64,000 nt of DNA, from assembly GCA_013203465.1 (NCBI GenBank), contig JABMNR010000089.1:2487-66486 (forward strand), written 5' to 3'. A program made the position numbers and the translations under genes. Below, one piece after another: positions 19,259-27,654 of the stretch. Under the pieces are notes generated by a model. The model did not search any database, was not told where the DNA came from, and was given only the letters and a program-made list of their open reading frames with translations. This DNA is from Alphaproteobacteria bacterium (GTDB lineage: Bacteria; Pseudomonadota; Alphaproteobacteria; Thalassobaculales; Thalassobaculaceae). The number at the start of each line of letters is the position of its first letter. Within the stretch, counting starts at the first letter, position 1.

Positions 19259-19597
19259 TCAGTCCATGAAACAGACGCGGACCAAATCGTCACCTCGATA
19301 CAACGCGGCGGCGAGCCGGTGGTTGCCGTCTTGAATCCGACCGTCACGAATGGTGATCGAGCAGCCATTGCGCGCCACGTTCTTGACCAGCCACGCGATC
19401 CGCCCCGCATGCTCCTCAGGCGCTAGAGGCGCGTTCGGGTCACGGTCGTCGGATGGCGGAATGACGTGCTCGCCGGCGAGATGATCCTCGATCAACCGGC
19501 AGTCGACGGTCATACCTCCGGCCCAACGCGGATAGCCTTGCAGGCCGGCAAGCGCGCGCACTTCTTCCACAGGCAAGGTTGCGAGACGGATCGCCAC
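19259..19597 (-). CDS. small ParB/sulfiredoxin-fold-like protein (DGNHR motif)
   Basis: 112 aa. C-terminal IRDGRIQDGNHRLAAALY resembles the DGxHR motif of ParB-like nuclease domains. Weak, motif-level call only. Confidence 0.4.
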   Translation of the reverse strand: MAIRLATLPVEEVRALAGLQGYPRWAGGMTVDCRLIEDHLAGEHVIPPSDDRDPNAPLAPEEHAGRIAWLVKNVARNGCSITIRDGRIQDGNHRLAAALYRGDDLVRVCFMD

Positions 19598-19791
19598 GGC
19601 GGCGGCCTCCCCCTAATCGGTCAATAAAGAGGGATGGACCCGGCGACGCCGGCTTTCCCCGCACTGTTTAGGAGCCGATCGAGCGCCCGATACCGGCACC
19701 CGATCGATGACGCGCATGTACGGGATTTATCGGCGTTTTAACACCTCGAATGCGACGTTCCGTGTCGTTATCGGACGGTCGTGCTCGTAAG

Positions 19792-19807
19792 GGAAAATTA
19801 ATTTTCC
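19792..19807. promoter_or_regulatory. perfect 16-bp palindrome GGAAAATTAATTTTCC
   Basis: Read directly in the AT-rich divergent intergenic region between 19597 and 19895. Confidence 0.35.
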
Positions 19808-19894
19808 AGATGTAGATTAAGCACTTGTAGAAAAGCGCGTTTTACCCCACCTGCTTTGGTCTCAATCGGCCTTGCCGGCGGAAGGAAAAAGACC

Positions 19895-20215
19895 ATGCCT
19901 CAGGGCCTCGAAATCGGCGCCATTGGCGCTGACACCAGTGTCGATCCGCTCATTCTGTTGCTTGTCCTCTGCGCCTTCTTGATCGGCGCCGTGGGACCGT
20001 TCGTTTTGTGTGTCGTTGGTTCGCTGCGCGAGGAGCGCTCGATGCGCGACTACGCGGCCGATCATGCTGTGAGGGAGGGCGCATCGACCTTGCTGAGCCC
20101 GGTCCACGATGCTGCTGTACCAGCGATCGCGCCGCTGGTCCTGGGGGCTGTCGTCGACGGCGAACCCGCTAACGATCATCACGTCAAGACGATCGCCGCG
20201 GTCGCCGGACGCTGA
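19895..20215 (+). CDS. hypothetical single-pass membrane protein
   Basis: Track ORF 19856..20215. ATG 19895 has GGAAGGA upstream. One hydrophobic helix (PLILLLVLCAFLIGAVGPFVLCVVG). A same-size antisense ORF exists, so confidence is low. Confidence 0.35.
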   Translation: MPQGLEIGAIGADTSVDPLILLLVLCAFLIGAVGPFVLCVVGSLREERSMRDYAADHAVREGASTLLSPVHDAAVPAIAPLVLGAVVDGEPANDHHVKTIAAVAGR

Positions 20216-20286
20216 GGCGCTTGTTCGCGCGAGAACCGGCCGCCTCCGTCGATGGAAACGGCCGCTCCATTCAAACTCCTAACCCG

Positions 20287-20784
20287 TCAAGGCTTGGGCG
20301 CGATCTCACCTTCCAGTGTGAACAGCCGGTCGGTCTTCGATGCCGCCTTGATGGTCATCGTGCCGACGCCACGCATGTTGGCGAGGACGCCGGAGCCACT
20401 GATCAGCTCCCAATGGCCATAGTCGATCAGCCGTGGCTTACCGTCGCCCTTCACGAACACCGCCTTCACGATCCAACGAATGTAGGCGTGATCGCCCGAC
20501 GGCGTGGTGATCTCAAGAAACCCGCGCGGATCACCACCGACGCCGGGGTTGATGTCATGCATGCCGAACTCGACCACCTGACCACCCGCCAGCGGCCCCG
20601 TTCCCTTGGCTTCACCTTCGCGGCGGACCAGAAGGACGAAATGCTTCGAGCCGTCCTTGAAGTCGAGCTTCATCGCCTGTTTCGGCGCCATCACGGCTTC
20701 GATCTTCATCGGCTCGGCGGTTGCCGCCACCGACACACCAACGGCGAGTACAATCGCCGTGATCCAGATACCGATTTTATGCAT
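20287..20784 (-). CDS. secreted hypothetical protein
   Basis: Signal peptide MHKIGIWITAIVLAVGVSVAATA followed by a beta-rich 140-aa body. No recognisable domain. Confidence 0.6.
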   Translation of the reverse strand: MHKIGIWITAIVLAVGVSVAATAEPMKIEAVMAPKQAMKLDFKDGSKHFVLLVRREGEAKGTGPLAGGQVVEFGMHDINPGVGGDPRGFLEITTPSGDHAYIRWIVKAVFVKGDGKPRLIDYGHWELISGSGVLANMRGVGTMTIKAASKTDRLFTLEGEIAPKP

Positions 20785-20909
20785 GGGGTTCCTCCTGTCG
20801 CGCGGACGATATGTGACGCGAAAGGGGCCACAGGAACCGGATCACGGCAACTCACGCTTCGGCGAGCCTCCCGCCGAATCAGCCTTCAAGCTCGGGCAGC
20901 GTCCTCGGT

Positions 20910-22895
20910 CTAGATCAGCTCGGCGTCGGTGATGATCTCGACCAGGCTGGGACCGTCATGAGCCAGCGCTTGCGCCAGTGCCACCTCCAGCTCCTCCGGT
21001 TTGGATACCTTGAGCCCCAGGCCATCACAAAGATCGGCGAAGGCGGCAAAGCTCGGGTTCACCAGATCGGTCTGCCAAACCTCCCACTCACCGGCGCGCT
21101 GTTCCTTGGTAATCTTACCGAGCTGGCCGTTGTTCAGCAGCACATGGGTAATGTTCATATTGTACTTCACCGCCGTGGTGAAATCCGCCAGGTACTGCCC
21201 GAACCCGCCGTCACCCGAAATCGACACCACCTTGCGGCCGCGATGCTCCTCGAAATCCTGGGTCGCCGCCCAAGCGCCGAGCGCCGCCGGGAAGCCGAAG
21301 CCGATCGAGCCCAGATAACCCGACATCAGCACCGATTGGCCGCGGCACTCGAAATAGCGCCCGAAGGAATAGGTGTTGTTGCCGACATCGACCGGGATCA
21401 CCGCGTCCGCCGGCACCAGCCGGCTCATGGCTTCGAACACCAGAGCCGCGTTCAGCCCCTTGCCCCGATCATCGGCTCGGCGGCTCTGTTTTTCCGCCCG
21501 CCACAGTGTCCACCGCTCGGCCAACTCGGCACGCTGGTCCATAAGCTTCGATGATGCGGGCAGACGATCGCTGAGCAGCCGCGCCGTCACCGCGATCTCG
21601 CCCCAGACCGGGACCGTAACCGGGTGGAACTTGCCCAACGCCATGCGGTCGAAATCGACCTGGATGATCGGTTTCGATTTCTCGATGCCGGTGTGGTTGG
21701 AGAACGACGAGCCGAACGCCAGGATCAGGTCGCATTCGTTCATGAACCAACTGGCGATCGGCGTGCCGGAGCGGCCGAGCACCCCGGCCGCCAAAGGATG
21801 ATCGTCGGCAATCTGGCCCTTGGCCTTGAAGGTGGTCAGAACCGGCGCACTCAACCGTTCGGCTAACACGATGACGTCTCCCATGGCATGACGGGCGCCG
21901 TAGCCGACGACAATGATCGGTCGTGACGCTTGCCCAAGCGCCGCCAGCGCCGCGTCGACCGAGGCCGCCGGCGGGGTGATCGCCGCATCGGCCAACCGGC
22001 CTTCGGGGGCGGAGGATTTGGCGCCCTCAGCCGCCACCAGGGTCTGTACGTCATCGGGAAAGATCAGGTGGGCGACATCGCGGTTCACCACCGCGTTCTT
22101 CAGCGCCAATGTCATCAGCTCGCCATGGCGCGAGCCGGGCAGCACGGTCTGGCTGAACGCCGCCACCGATTGGAACGCCGAGGCCAGGTCGATCTCCTGA
22201 AACGCCCCCGGACCGAAAACCTGCACGTCGACCTGCCCGGTCAACGCCAACACCGGCGCGCGGTCGACCTTGGCGTCCCATAAACCCGTCAGCAGATTGG
22301 TTGCCCCCGGTCCCGCGATCGCCAGACACGCCGCCGGCTTGCCGGTCAGCTTGGCATAACCGGAACATGCGAAGGCCGCCGCTCCCTCGTGGCGGATACC
22401 GATGTAATTCATCTCGCCCGCGACGGTGCGTCGGCGCAGCGCGTCGGCCAACCCGAGGTTGGAGTGGCCGACCATGCCGAACACCCGCTTCACGCCCCAG
22501 GCGACCATGGTCTCCGCCATCACGTCGGACACGGTACGCTGATGTTCCTTCTCGCGTGGCACGCCGACATATACCCCGTCGCCTCGCTCCTCGACCGGGA
22601 ACATCTCCTGTCCGGTGTCTTCGTGACCGCCCGGCGGCTTGCCGGTCAACGGATCGAAGTCCCAGCCATGCCACGGACAGCGCAGCCAACACTGGCCCTC
22701 GATCCCGGTCTCGATCGAGCCTTCGCCCAGCGGCCCGCCCTGATGCGGGCAACGGTTGTCCATCGCCGCCCATTGACCATCAAACCGCACCAGCGCCAGG
22801 GTTTTGGTTCCGGCGACGGCGGTCTTCACACGACCCTCGGGCAACTCGCCCCGTTCCGCGACCTTATGCCAGGTATGGTCCGTGGCGTCCGTCAT
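20910..22895 (-). CDS. Rieske [2Fe-2S] domain fused to a thiamine-diphosphate enzyme (pyruvate oxidase / acetolactate synthase-like)
   Basis: Track ORF 20910..22934. ATG 22895 has GGGAGAG 6 nt upstream. Rieske ligand boxes CPHQGGPL and CPWHGWDF. ThDP N-domain (VFGMVGHSNLGL...IRHEGAAAFA) and ThDP-binding GDGGF...NNGQLG motif. Confidence 0.85.
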   Translation of the reverse strand: MTDATDHTWHKVAERGELPEGRVKTAVAGTKTLALVRFDGQWAAMDNRCPHQGGPLGEGSIETGIEGQCWLRCPWHGWDFDPLTGKPPGGHEDTGQEMFPVEERGDGVYVGVPREKEHQRTVSDVMAETMVAWGVKRVFGMVGHSNLGLADALRRRTVAGEMNYIGIRHEGAAAFACSGYAKLTGKPAACLAIAGPGATNLLTGLWDAKVDRAPVLALTGQVDVQVFGPGAFQEIDLASAFQSVAAFSQTVLPGSRHGELMTLALKNAVVNRDVAHLIFPDDVQTLVAAEGAKSSAPEGRLADAAITPPAASVDAALAALGQASRPIIVVGYGARHAMGDVIVLAERLSAPVLTTFKAKGQIADDHPLAAGVLGRSGTPIASWFMNECDLILAFGSSFSNHTGIEKSKPIIQVDFDRMALGKFHPVTVPVWGEIAVTARLLSDRLPASSKLMDQRAELAERWTLWRAEKQSRRADDRGKGLNAALVFEAMSRLVPADAVIPVDVGNNTYSFGRYFECRGQSVLMSGYLGSIGFGFPAALGAWAATQDFEEHRGRKVVSISGDGGFGQYLADFTTAVKYNMNITHVLLNNGQLGKITKEQRAGEWEVWQTDLVNPSFAAFADLCDGLGLKVSKPEELEVALAQALAHDGPSLVEIITDAELI

Positions 22896-22989
22896 GACGA
22901 TCTCTCCCATCGCAGGCTTGTTAGCACCCACCACCCCAATGCGCGGAGGGCGCCGATGTTACGAGGTCGATCGTAAATCCAACACCCGG

Positions 22990-23307
22990 TCAGCCCGCCA
23001 CCCCCGCGTTGCGGCCGGCAAGGATCGCCTGCACCAGATCCTCTGGGATCGTCTCCAAGGCCTTTTGCTCGGAGAAGGTCAGGGCATCGACCGCCAGGTG
23101 CCGCGCCTTGTTATATGCTCGCATATAGCGTCGGCAGGCGGGGCACGTGCGCACGTGCAGATCGACCGTCCGGCGGGCTACGGGGCCCATCGCGCCATCC
23201 AGGTAATCGACCAGGGTTTGTTCGAATTCCTCACAGGTCATGAGACCGGGAACCGTGTGTTCCAGCCAGTGCTGAATGCGCCATCGGAGCGAGCGTAGGC
23301 TTGCCAT
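22990..23307 (-). CDS. soluble zinc-binding anti-sigma factor (ZAS, RsrA-like)
   Basis: Track ORF 22990..23328. Start set at ATG 23307, overlapping the sigma stop (TAATG). C25-x25-H51-x3-C55-x2-C58 (HVRTCPAC). No transmembrane segment. Confidence 0.8.
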   Translation of the reverse strand: MASLRSLRWRIQHWLEHTVPGLMTCEEFEQTLVDYLDGAMGPVARRTVDLHVRTCPACRRYMRAYNKARHLAVDALTFSEQKALETIPEDLVQAILAGRNAGVAG

Positions 23308-23933
23308 TATACCCCCTCTTTCTCCCAAAGCGGCTCGATCAGCTTCTTCAGCGCCGCCCGCGCCCGGTGCAGTCGTACCTTCAAGGCGCCCTCGGCAATG
23401 CCCATCGCCTCGGCCGCCTCGCGTGTGCTGTATCCGTCAATGTCACGAAGCTGCAAAGCGATACGGTAGCCGTCCGGCAATTCATTGATGCGGTCGCGGA
23501 CGAAATGCCGAATCTGCTTGCTCCCCAGCTCGTCCTCGGGATCGCGAATCTCGGCCTGCGGCTCCCCGACCCGCGTACCGTATACATTGAAATTCGGCAG
23601 CAGCTCGTCGATCGAGGTTTCCGCCAGACGCTTGTGCTTGCGCATCCGCATCAGGCACGCGTTGACCGTAATGCGGTGCAGCCACGCCCCCAGGCTGGCC
23701 CGCGGCTCGAACGTCTCCAGATTGCGATGCGCCGACAGAAACGCTTCCTGGACGCAATCCTGAGCGGCGGCATCGTCGCGCAGGATACGTCGCGCGACGG
23801 CGAGCATCGACCCGCCCTCCGACCGCACCAGGATCTCGAACGCACGTCCGTCCCCTGCCTTCAGCCGAGCGAGCAACGCAGTTTCATCCAGGCCGGTCCC
23901 GCCGCCAACGTCCAACGTCATCTCCCAACGCAA
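23307..23933 (-). CDS. ECF (sigma-70 group 4) RNA polymerase sigma factor
   Basis: Region 2 (AQDCVQEAFLSAHRNLETFE) and region 4 HTH (YSTREAAEAMGIAEGALKVRLHRAR). The start is uncertain (TTG 23933 or ATG 23921). Confidence 0.9.
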   Translation of the reverse strand: MRWEMTLDVGGGTGLDETALLARLKAGDGRAFEILVRSEGGSMLAVARRILRDDAAAQDCVQEAFLSAHRNLETFEPRASLGAWLHRITVNACLMRMRKHKRLAETSIDELLPNFNVYGTRVGEPQAEIRDPEDELGSKQIRHFVRDRINELPDGYRIALQLRDIDGYSTREAAEAMGIAEGALKVRLHRARAALKKLIEPLWEKEGV

Positions 23934-24055
23934 CCTGCTGCATGCCTAACACGGTCCGGTGTAACAGATCGACGCCTGATGCATTACCATCGGGCACGTT
24001 ACCTCGGCGCTGACGCCGGATCTCGATAGCTGACTGACAAGGGGGGTACTACGGC

Positions 24056-25681
24056 ATGCGCAAGGTGTCGATCGCTCGGTTCGACGATCTCGAGGACCGA
24101 AAACCCGCTCACGCCTTGGTCGAAGGGGTGGACCTTGTGGTTATCCGCTACGATGACAAGGTTTCGGCGTTGTACGGCCGCTGCCTGCACCGGGGCGCCT
24201 TGCTGGCCGACGGTCATGTCGATGGCGACAACCTGATCTGTGGGTTGCACTTCTGGGACTACCGCATCGACAGCGGCGTGTCCGAATACAACAACCACGA
24301 AGTGCTGCAGAAATTCGATACCTGCGTCGAGGACGACGCCAACGGACGTGCGGTCACGGTCGACGCCGACCAGATCGCCGCCTGGGCGACCGACAACCCG
24401 CAGCCCTACGATCGCGACAGCTACCTCGGCGCCTATAAGGATGTCCACGGCACACCGGAAGAACCGTTCGTTGGGTTAATTCAAGGTTACGCCAGGGACG
24501 GCCTGTCGAAGACCGGCCATCATGGCGTGGTCGAAGCCATGGGCGTGCCGCGCGACCAACTGCCGACCTGGGACGACATTCAGGTGCTGACCGCCCAGCT
24601 GCACCGCCCGCCATTGTTGGACGACGCGCCGGTCGGCACCGACGTGGTGATCGGCCCCAACGCCCAGAAACCGCTGCGCCTGAACATCCCGCTGTTCGTC
24701 TCGGACATGAGCTTCGGCGCCTTGTCGGCCTCGGCCAAGGTGGCGCTCGCCATGGGCGCGGAGATGGCCGGCACCGGCATCTGCTCCGGCGAGGGCGGCA
24801 TGCTGCCGGAAGAGCAGGAGGCAAACTCCCGCTACTTCTACGAACTCGCCTCGGCCCGCTTTGGCTTCTCGATGGACAAGGTGAAGCAATGCCAGGCCTT
24901 TCACTTCAAGGGCGGCCAAGGGGCGAAGACCGGCACCGGCGGCCACCTACCCGGCGCCAAGGTCGTCGGCAAGATCGCCGCGGTGCGGGGGCTGGCCGAG
25001 GGTGAGCCCGCGATCTCGCCCGCGCGGTTTCCGGAATGGACCGAACCGAGCCAGATCAGGGCGTTCGCCGATGAGGTGCGCGATGCCACCGGCGGCATCC
25101 CGATCGGCTACAAACTGTCGGCCCAACACATCGAAAAGGACATCGACGCGGCGCTTTCGGTCGGGGTCGATTATATCATCCTGGACGGTCGCGGCGGTGG
25201 CACCGGGGCGGCGCCAATTCTGTTTCGCGACAACATCGCGGTGCCGACCATCCCAGCCCTGGCGCGCGCCCGCCGGCATCTCGATGCGCTCGATCGCTCG
25301 GACGTGACCCTGGTGATTACCGGCGGACTGCGCAAACCGGCTGATTATGTAAAAGCCCTGGCGCTCGGCGCCGACGCGATCGCGGTCTCGAACGCCGCGC
25401 TTCAGGCGATCGGCTGCCTCGGCATGCGAGCCTGCCACACCAACAACTGCCCGGTCGGCATCGCCACGCAGAAACCACACCTGGTCTCGCGTCTGGTGGT
25501 CGACAAATCGGCCCAGCAATTGGCCAATTTCTTCCATGCCGTGACCGAGCTGATGTGCGTGCTCGCTCGCGCCTGCGGCCATGATCATCTAAACGGTTTC
25601 AATCGCGACGATCTGGTGACCTGGAAAGAAGACATGGCCCGGCTCGCGGGTTTATCCTATGGCGGGGTGTCGGCCGCTTAG
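24056..25681 (+). CDS. Rieske [2Fe-2S] domain fused to a glutamate-synthase-type FMN domain (GltB domain-2-like)
   Basis: 541 aa. Rieske boxes CLHRGALL and CGLHFWDY. Glu_synthase-type core (SFGALS, ICSGEGGMLPEE, KGGQGAKTGTGGHLPG, ILDGRGGGTGAAP). Confidence 0.85.
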   Translation: MRKVSIARFDDLEDRKPAHALVEGVDLVVIRYDDKVSALYGRCLHRGALLADGHVDGDNLICGLHFWDYRIDSGVSEYNNHEVLQKFDTCVEDDANGRAVTVDADQIAAWATDNPQPYDRDSYLGAYKDVHGTPEEPFVGLIQGYARDGLSKTGHHGVVEAMGVPRDQLPTWDDIQVLTAQLHRPPLLDDAPVGTDVVIGPNAQKPLRLNIPLFVSDMSFGALSASAKVALAMGAEMAGTGICSGEGGMLPEEQEANSRYFYELASARFGFSMDKVKQCQAFHFKGGQGAKTGTGGHLPGAKVVGKIAAVRGLAEGEPAISPARFPEWTEPSQIRAFADEVRDATGGIPIGYKLSAQHIEKDIDAALSVGVDYIILDGRGGGTGAAPILFRDNIAVPTIPALARARRHLDALDRSDVTLVITGGLRKPADYVKALALGADAIAVSNAALQAIGCLGMRACHTNNCPVGIATQKPHLVSRLVVDKSAQQLANFFHAVTELMCVLARACGHDHLNGFNRDDLVTWKEDMARLAGLSYGGVSAA

Positions 25682-25782
25682 CCGTGGTTTTGATCCATCT
25701 CATGGCAGACAATGAAGATCGCGCGTAACCGATACAGGTAGGGTCGGACAAAGTTCCGGCGGCCGTTTCGGGGACTGGATGC

Positions 25783-26922
25783 ATGTCTTTCGCCAATACG
25801 ACACAGCGTGACGACGCCCGCCGGCATGCCTTGCGCGTCCTGCCCGCGCCGACGCCTTCGGCGGGGCTGGAGGCATACCGGCGAGAGCGCGAGTTAACGC
25901 TCGCCGCCTGTCCGCGGAAGCAGGCCAACTACACGCTCTACGAACAATCCTCGCGGCGCGTGGCTGCCCCCAGCTATCTGCCGATCAAGCTCGACATCGA
26001 GAATGTCAGCCGCTGCAATTTCCGCTGCACCATGTGCAGTGTCAGCGGTTGGCATAAGGGCAAGCGGGCCGATGACCTGACGCTCGCGGCGTTCAAGAAA
26101 CTGATCGACGAGCAGATCGGTTTGGTCGAGATCAAGCTTCAAGGCCTAGGCGAGCCGCTGCTGCAGCGGGACGACTACTTCGCGATGATCCGCTATGCGC
26201 GCGACCGCCACATCTGGGTGCGAACAACCACCAACGCCTCGTTGCTGCATCTGAAGGGCAATGCCGAGAAACTGGTCGCTGCCGACCCGAACGAGGTGCA
26301 AATCTCGATCGACGGCGCGACCCGCCCGGTGTTCGAGAGCGTCCGTCGCGGCTCGGTGTTTGATCGGGTGATCGAGAATTGCGTCGCGCTAAACACGCTT
26401 TTCGCCGCTGCCGGCAAAACACGCACCAAGATGTGGACGGTGGTACAGCGCGCGAACCTCCACCAACTTGAGGACCTTGTTCGCCTCGCGGCCCGGTCCG
26501 GGTTCCGCCACCACACCTTCTCCCTCGAACTGGTCGACTGGGGCCTGAATGAGTGGCGCGCGATGAATGAGGCCGTCAATGTCGAGGCCGAACTCGATCC
26601 AAAGCGGCTAATGGATCTCGTCTATCTCGGGGAGGATATCGGCGTCGAAGTGCGGTTCTGGCACACGACGGAGACCTATTCGACGCACAGCCCGGAAACC
26701 CTGTGTCCATGGCCGTTCGAGAGATCATATATGTCCTCCGACCGGCGTGTCGTACCCTGTTGTACAATCGGCAATCCGGATGTCTGCCAGATCGGCTCCA
26801 CGATCGGAGAGAACAACTCGATGTCGCAACACTGGTTCGGCCCGGACTATGCCGTGTTCCGCCGCGCCCATCTGGACGGGGTGCCCCCCGAGGTATGCCG
26901 GGCATGTTATGCGAAGCCGTGA
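25783..26922 (+). CDS. radical SAM enzyme with Cys-rich C-terminal (SPASM/twitch-like) extension
   Basis: CNFRCTMC (CxxxCxxC) cluster motif and GEPLL SAM motif. C-terminal cysteines CPWPF...PCCTIGNPDVC...CRAC. The exact start is uncertain. Confidence 0.8.
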   Translation: MSFANTTQRDDARRHALRVLPAPTPSAGLEAYRRERELTLAACPRKQANYTLYEQSSRRVAAPSYLPIKLDIENVSRCNFRCTMCSVSGWHKGKRADDLTLAAFKKLIDEQIGLVEIKLQGLGEPLLQRDDYFAMIRYARDRHIWVRTTTNASLLHLKGNAEKLVAADPNEVQISIDGATRPVFESVRRGSVFDRVIENCVALNTLFAAAGKTRTKMWTVVQRANLHQLEDLVRLAARSGFRHHTFSLELVDWGLNEWRAMNEAVNVEAELDPKRLMDLVYLGEDIGVEVRFWHTTETYSTHSPETLCPWPFERSYMSSDRRVVPCCTIGNPDVCQIGSTIGENNSMSQHWFGPDYAVFRRAHLDGVPPEVCRACYAKP

Positions 26923-27007
26923 GTCCCAAGCCGTGCGTCCCACTGGCGCCGGTCGGCCCGCTGTGGCAGCGTTTCGCCAGACCGCCGCCGATGATCGGAG
27001 ACCCGCG

Positions 27008-27613
27008 ATGAACGAGATGACAACCGTCGCCTTCACACAAATGAAGGATGGCTCCCGTGAGGATTACGCGTTGCTCGGCCGCTACGAAGCAGCCTATGCC
27101 GCCGGCACGGCCGACCGCATCCTCGATCAGCTTCGCGCGTTGGGTGGCGGGCTGTCCGGCTATAAGGTCAGCCGGCTTGAGCATTCGATTCAATCGGCGG
27201 CACGGGCCGAGGCAGATGGCGCCGACATCGACTGGATCGTCGCGACCCTGTTGCATGATATCGGTGACGAGTTGGCGCCGCACAACCATGACAGCATCGC
27301 CGCCGCCGTCATCCGCCCGTTCGTCCGTGATCAGGTAAGCTGGGTGATACAGCATCACGGCATCTTCCAGACAGTCTACTACGCTCATCATCTCGGCGGC
27401 GATCCCGAGGCGCGGCGGAAATACGCCGATCACCTTTACTATCAGGACACGGTCGATTTCTGTGAGCGTTGGGATCAGGCGAGTTTCGATCCGGACTACC
27501 CGACACCCTCATTGGAACATTTCGAACCGATGGTACGGCAGGTGTTCACGAGATCACCTTGGGATGCGGCGGTGTTGCGCCAGGGTGAGCGGGAACCATT
27601 GGTCGTCCGGTAA
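27008..27613 (+). CDS. HD-domain protein of the PhnZ/MIOX-like (COG4341-type) group
   Basis: Track ORF 26747..27613. Start moved to MNEMTTVAF (ATG 27008). LEHSIQSAARAE...ATLLHDIGD...HHGIFQ histidine pattern resembles PhnZ-type diiron HD oxygenases. Confidence 0.7.
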   Translation: MNEMTTVAFTQMKDGSREDYALLGRYEAAYAAGTADRILDQLRALGGGLSGYKVSRLEHSIQSAARAEADGADIDWIVATLLHDIGDELAPHNHDSIAAAVIRPFVRDQVSWVIQHHGIFQTVYYAHHLGGDPEARRKYADHLYYQDTVDFCERWDQASFDPDYPTPSLEHFEPMVRQVFTRSPWDAAVLRQGEREPLVVR

Positions 27614-27654
27614 ACCACCCAAGGGTCGGCATGACCCACGACAAGGGGACGATA

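Noticed and set aside
23963-23988. Possible ECF (SigR-like) promoter GGTAAT-N17-GTT on the - strand upstream of the sigma gene
   Set aside because: It has one mismatch in the -35 element, non-canonical spacing and no second copy in front of the divergent operon that I could find. This is too weak to annotate as a feature, so it is mentioned only as a lead.
25702-25728. Mini-ORF MADNEDRA just upstream of the radical SAM gene, considered as a RiPP precursor
   Set aside because: It is only 8 codons long, has no Cys/Ser/Thr-rich core and no convincing RBS. It is not credible as a precursor peptide. No other small ORF with a plausible leader/core was seen between 25682-25782 or 26923-27007.
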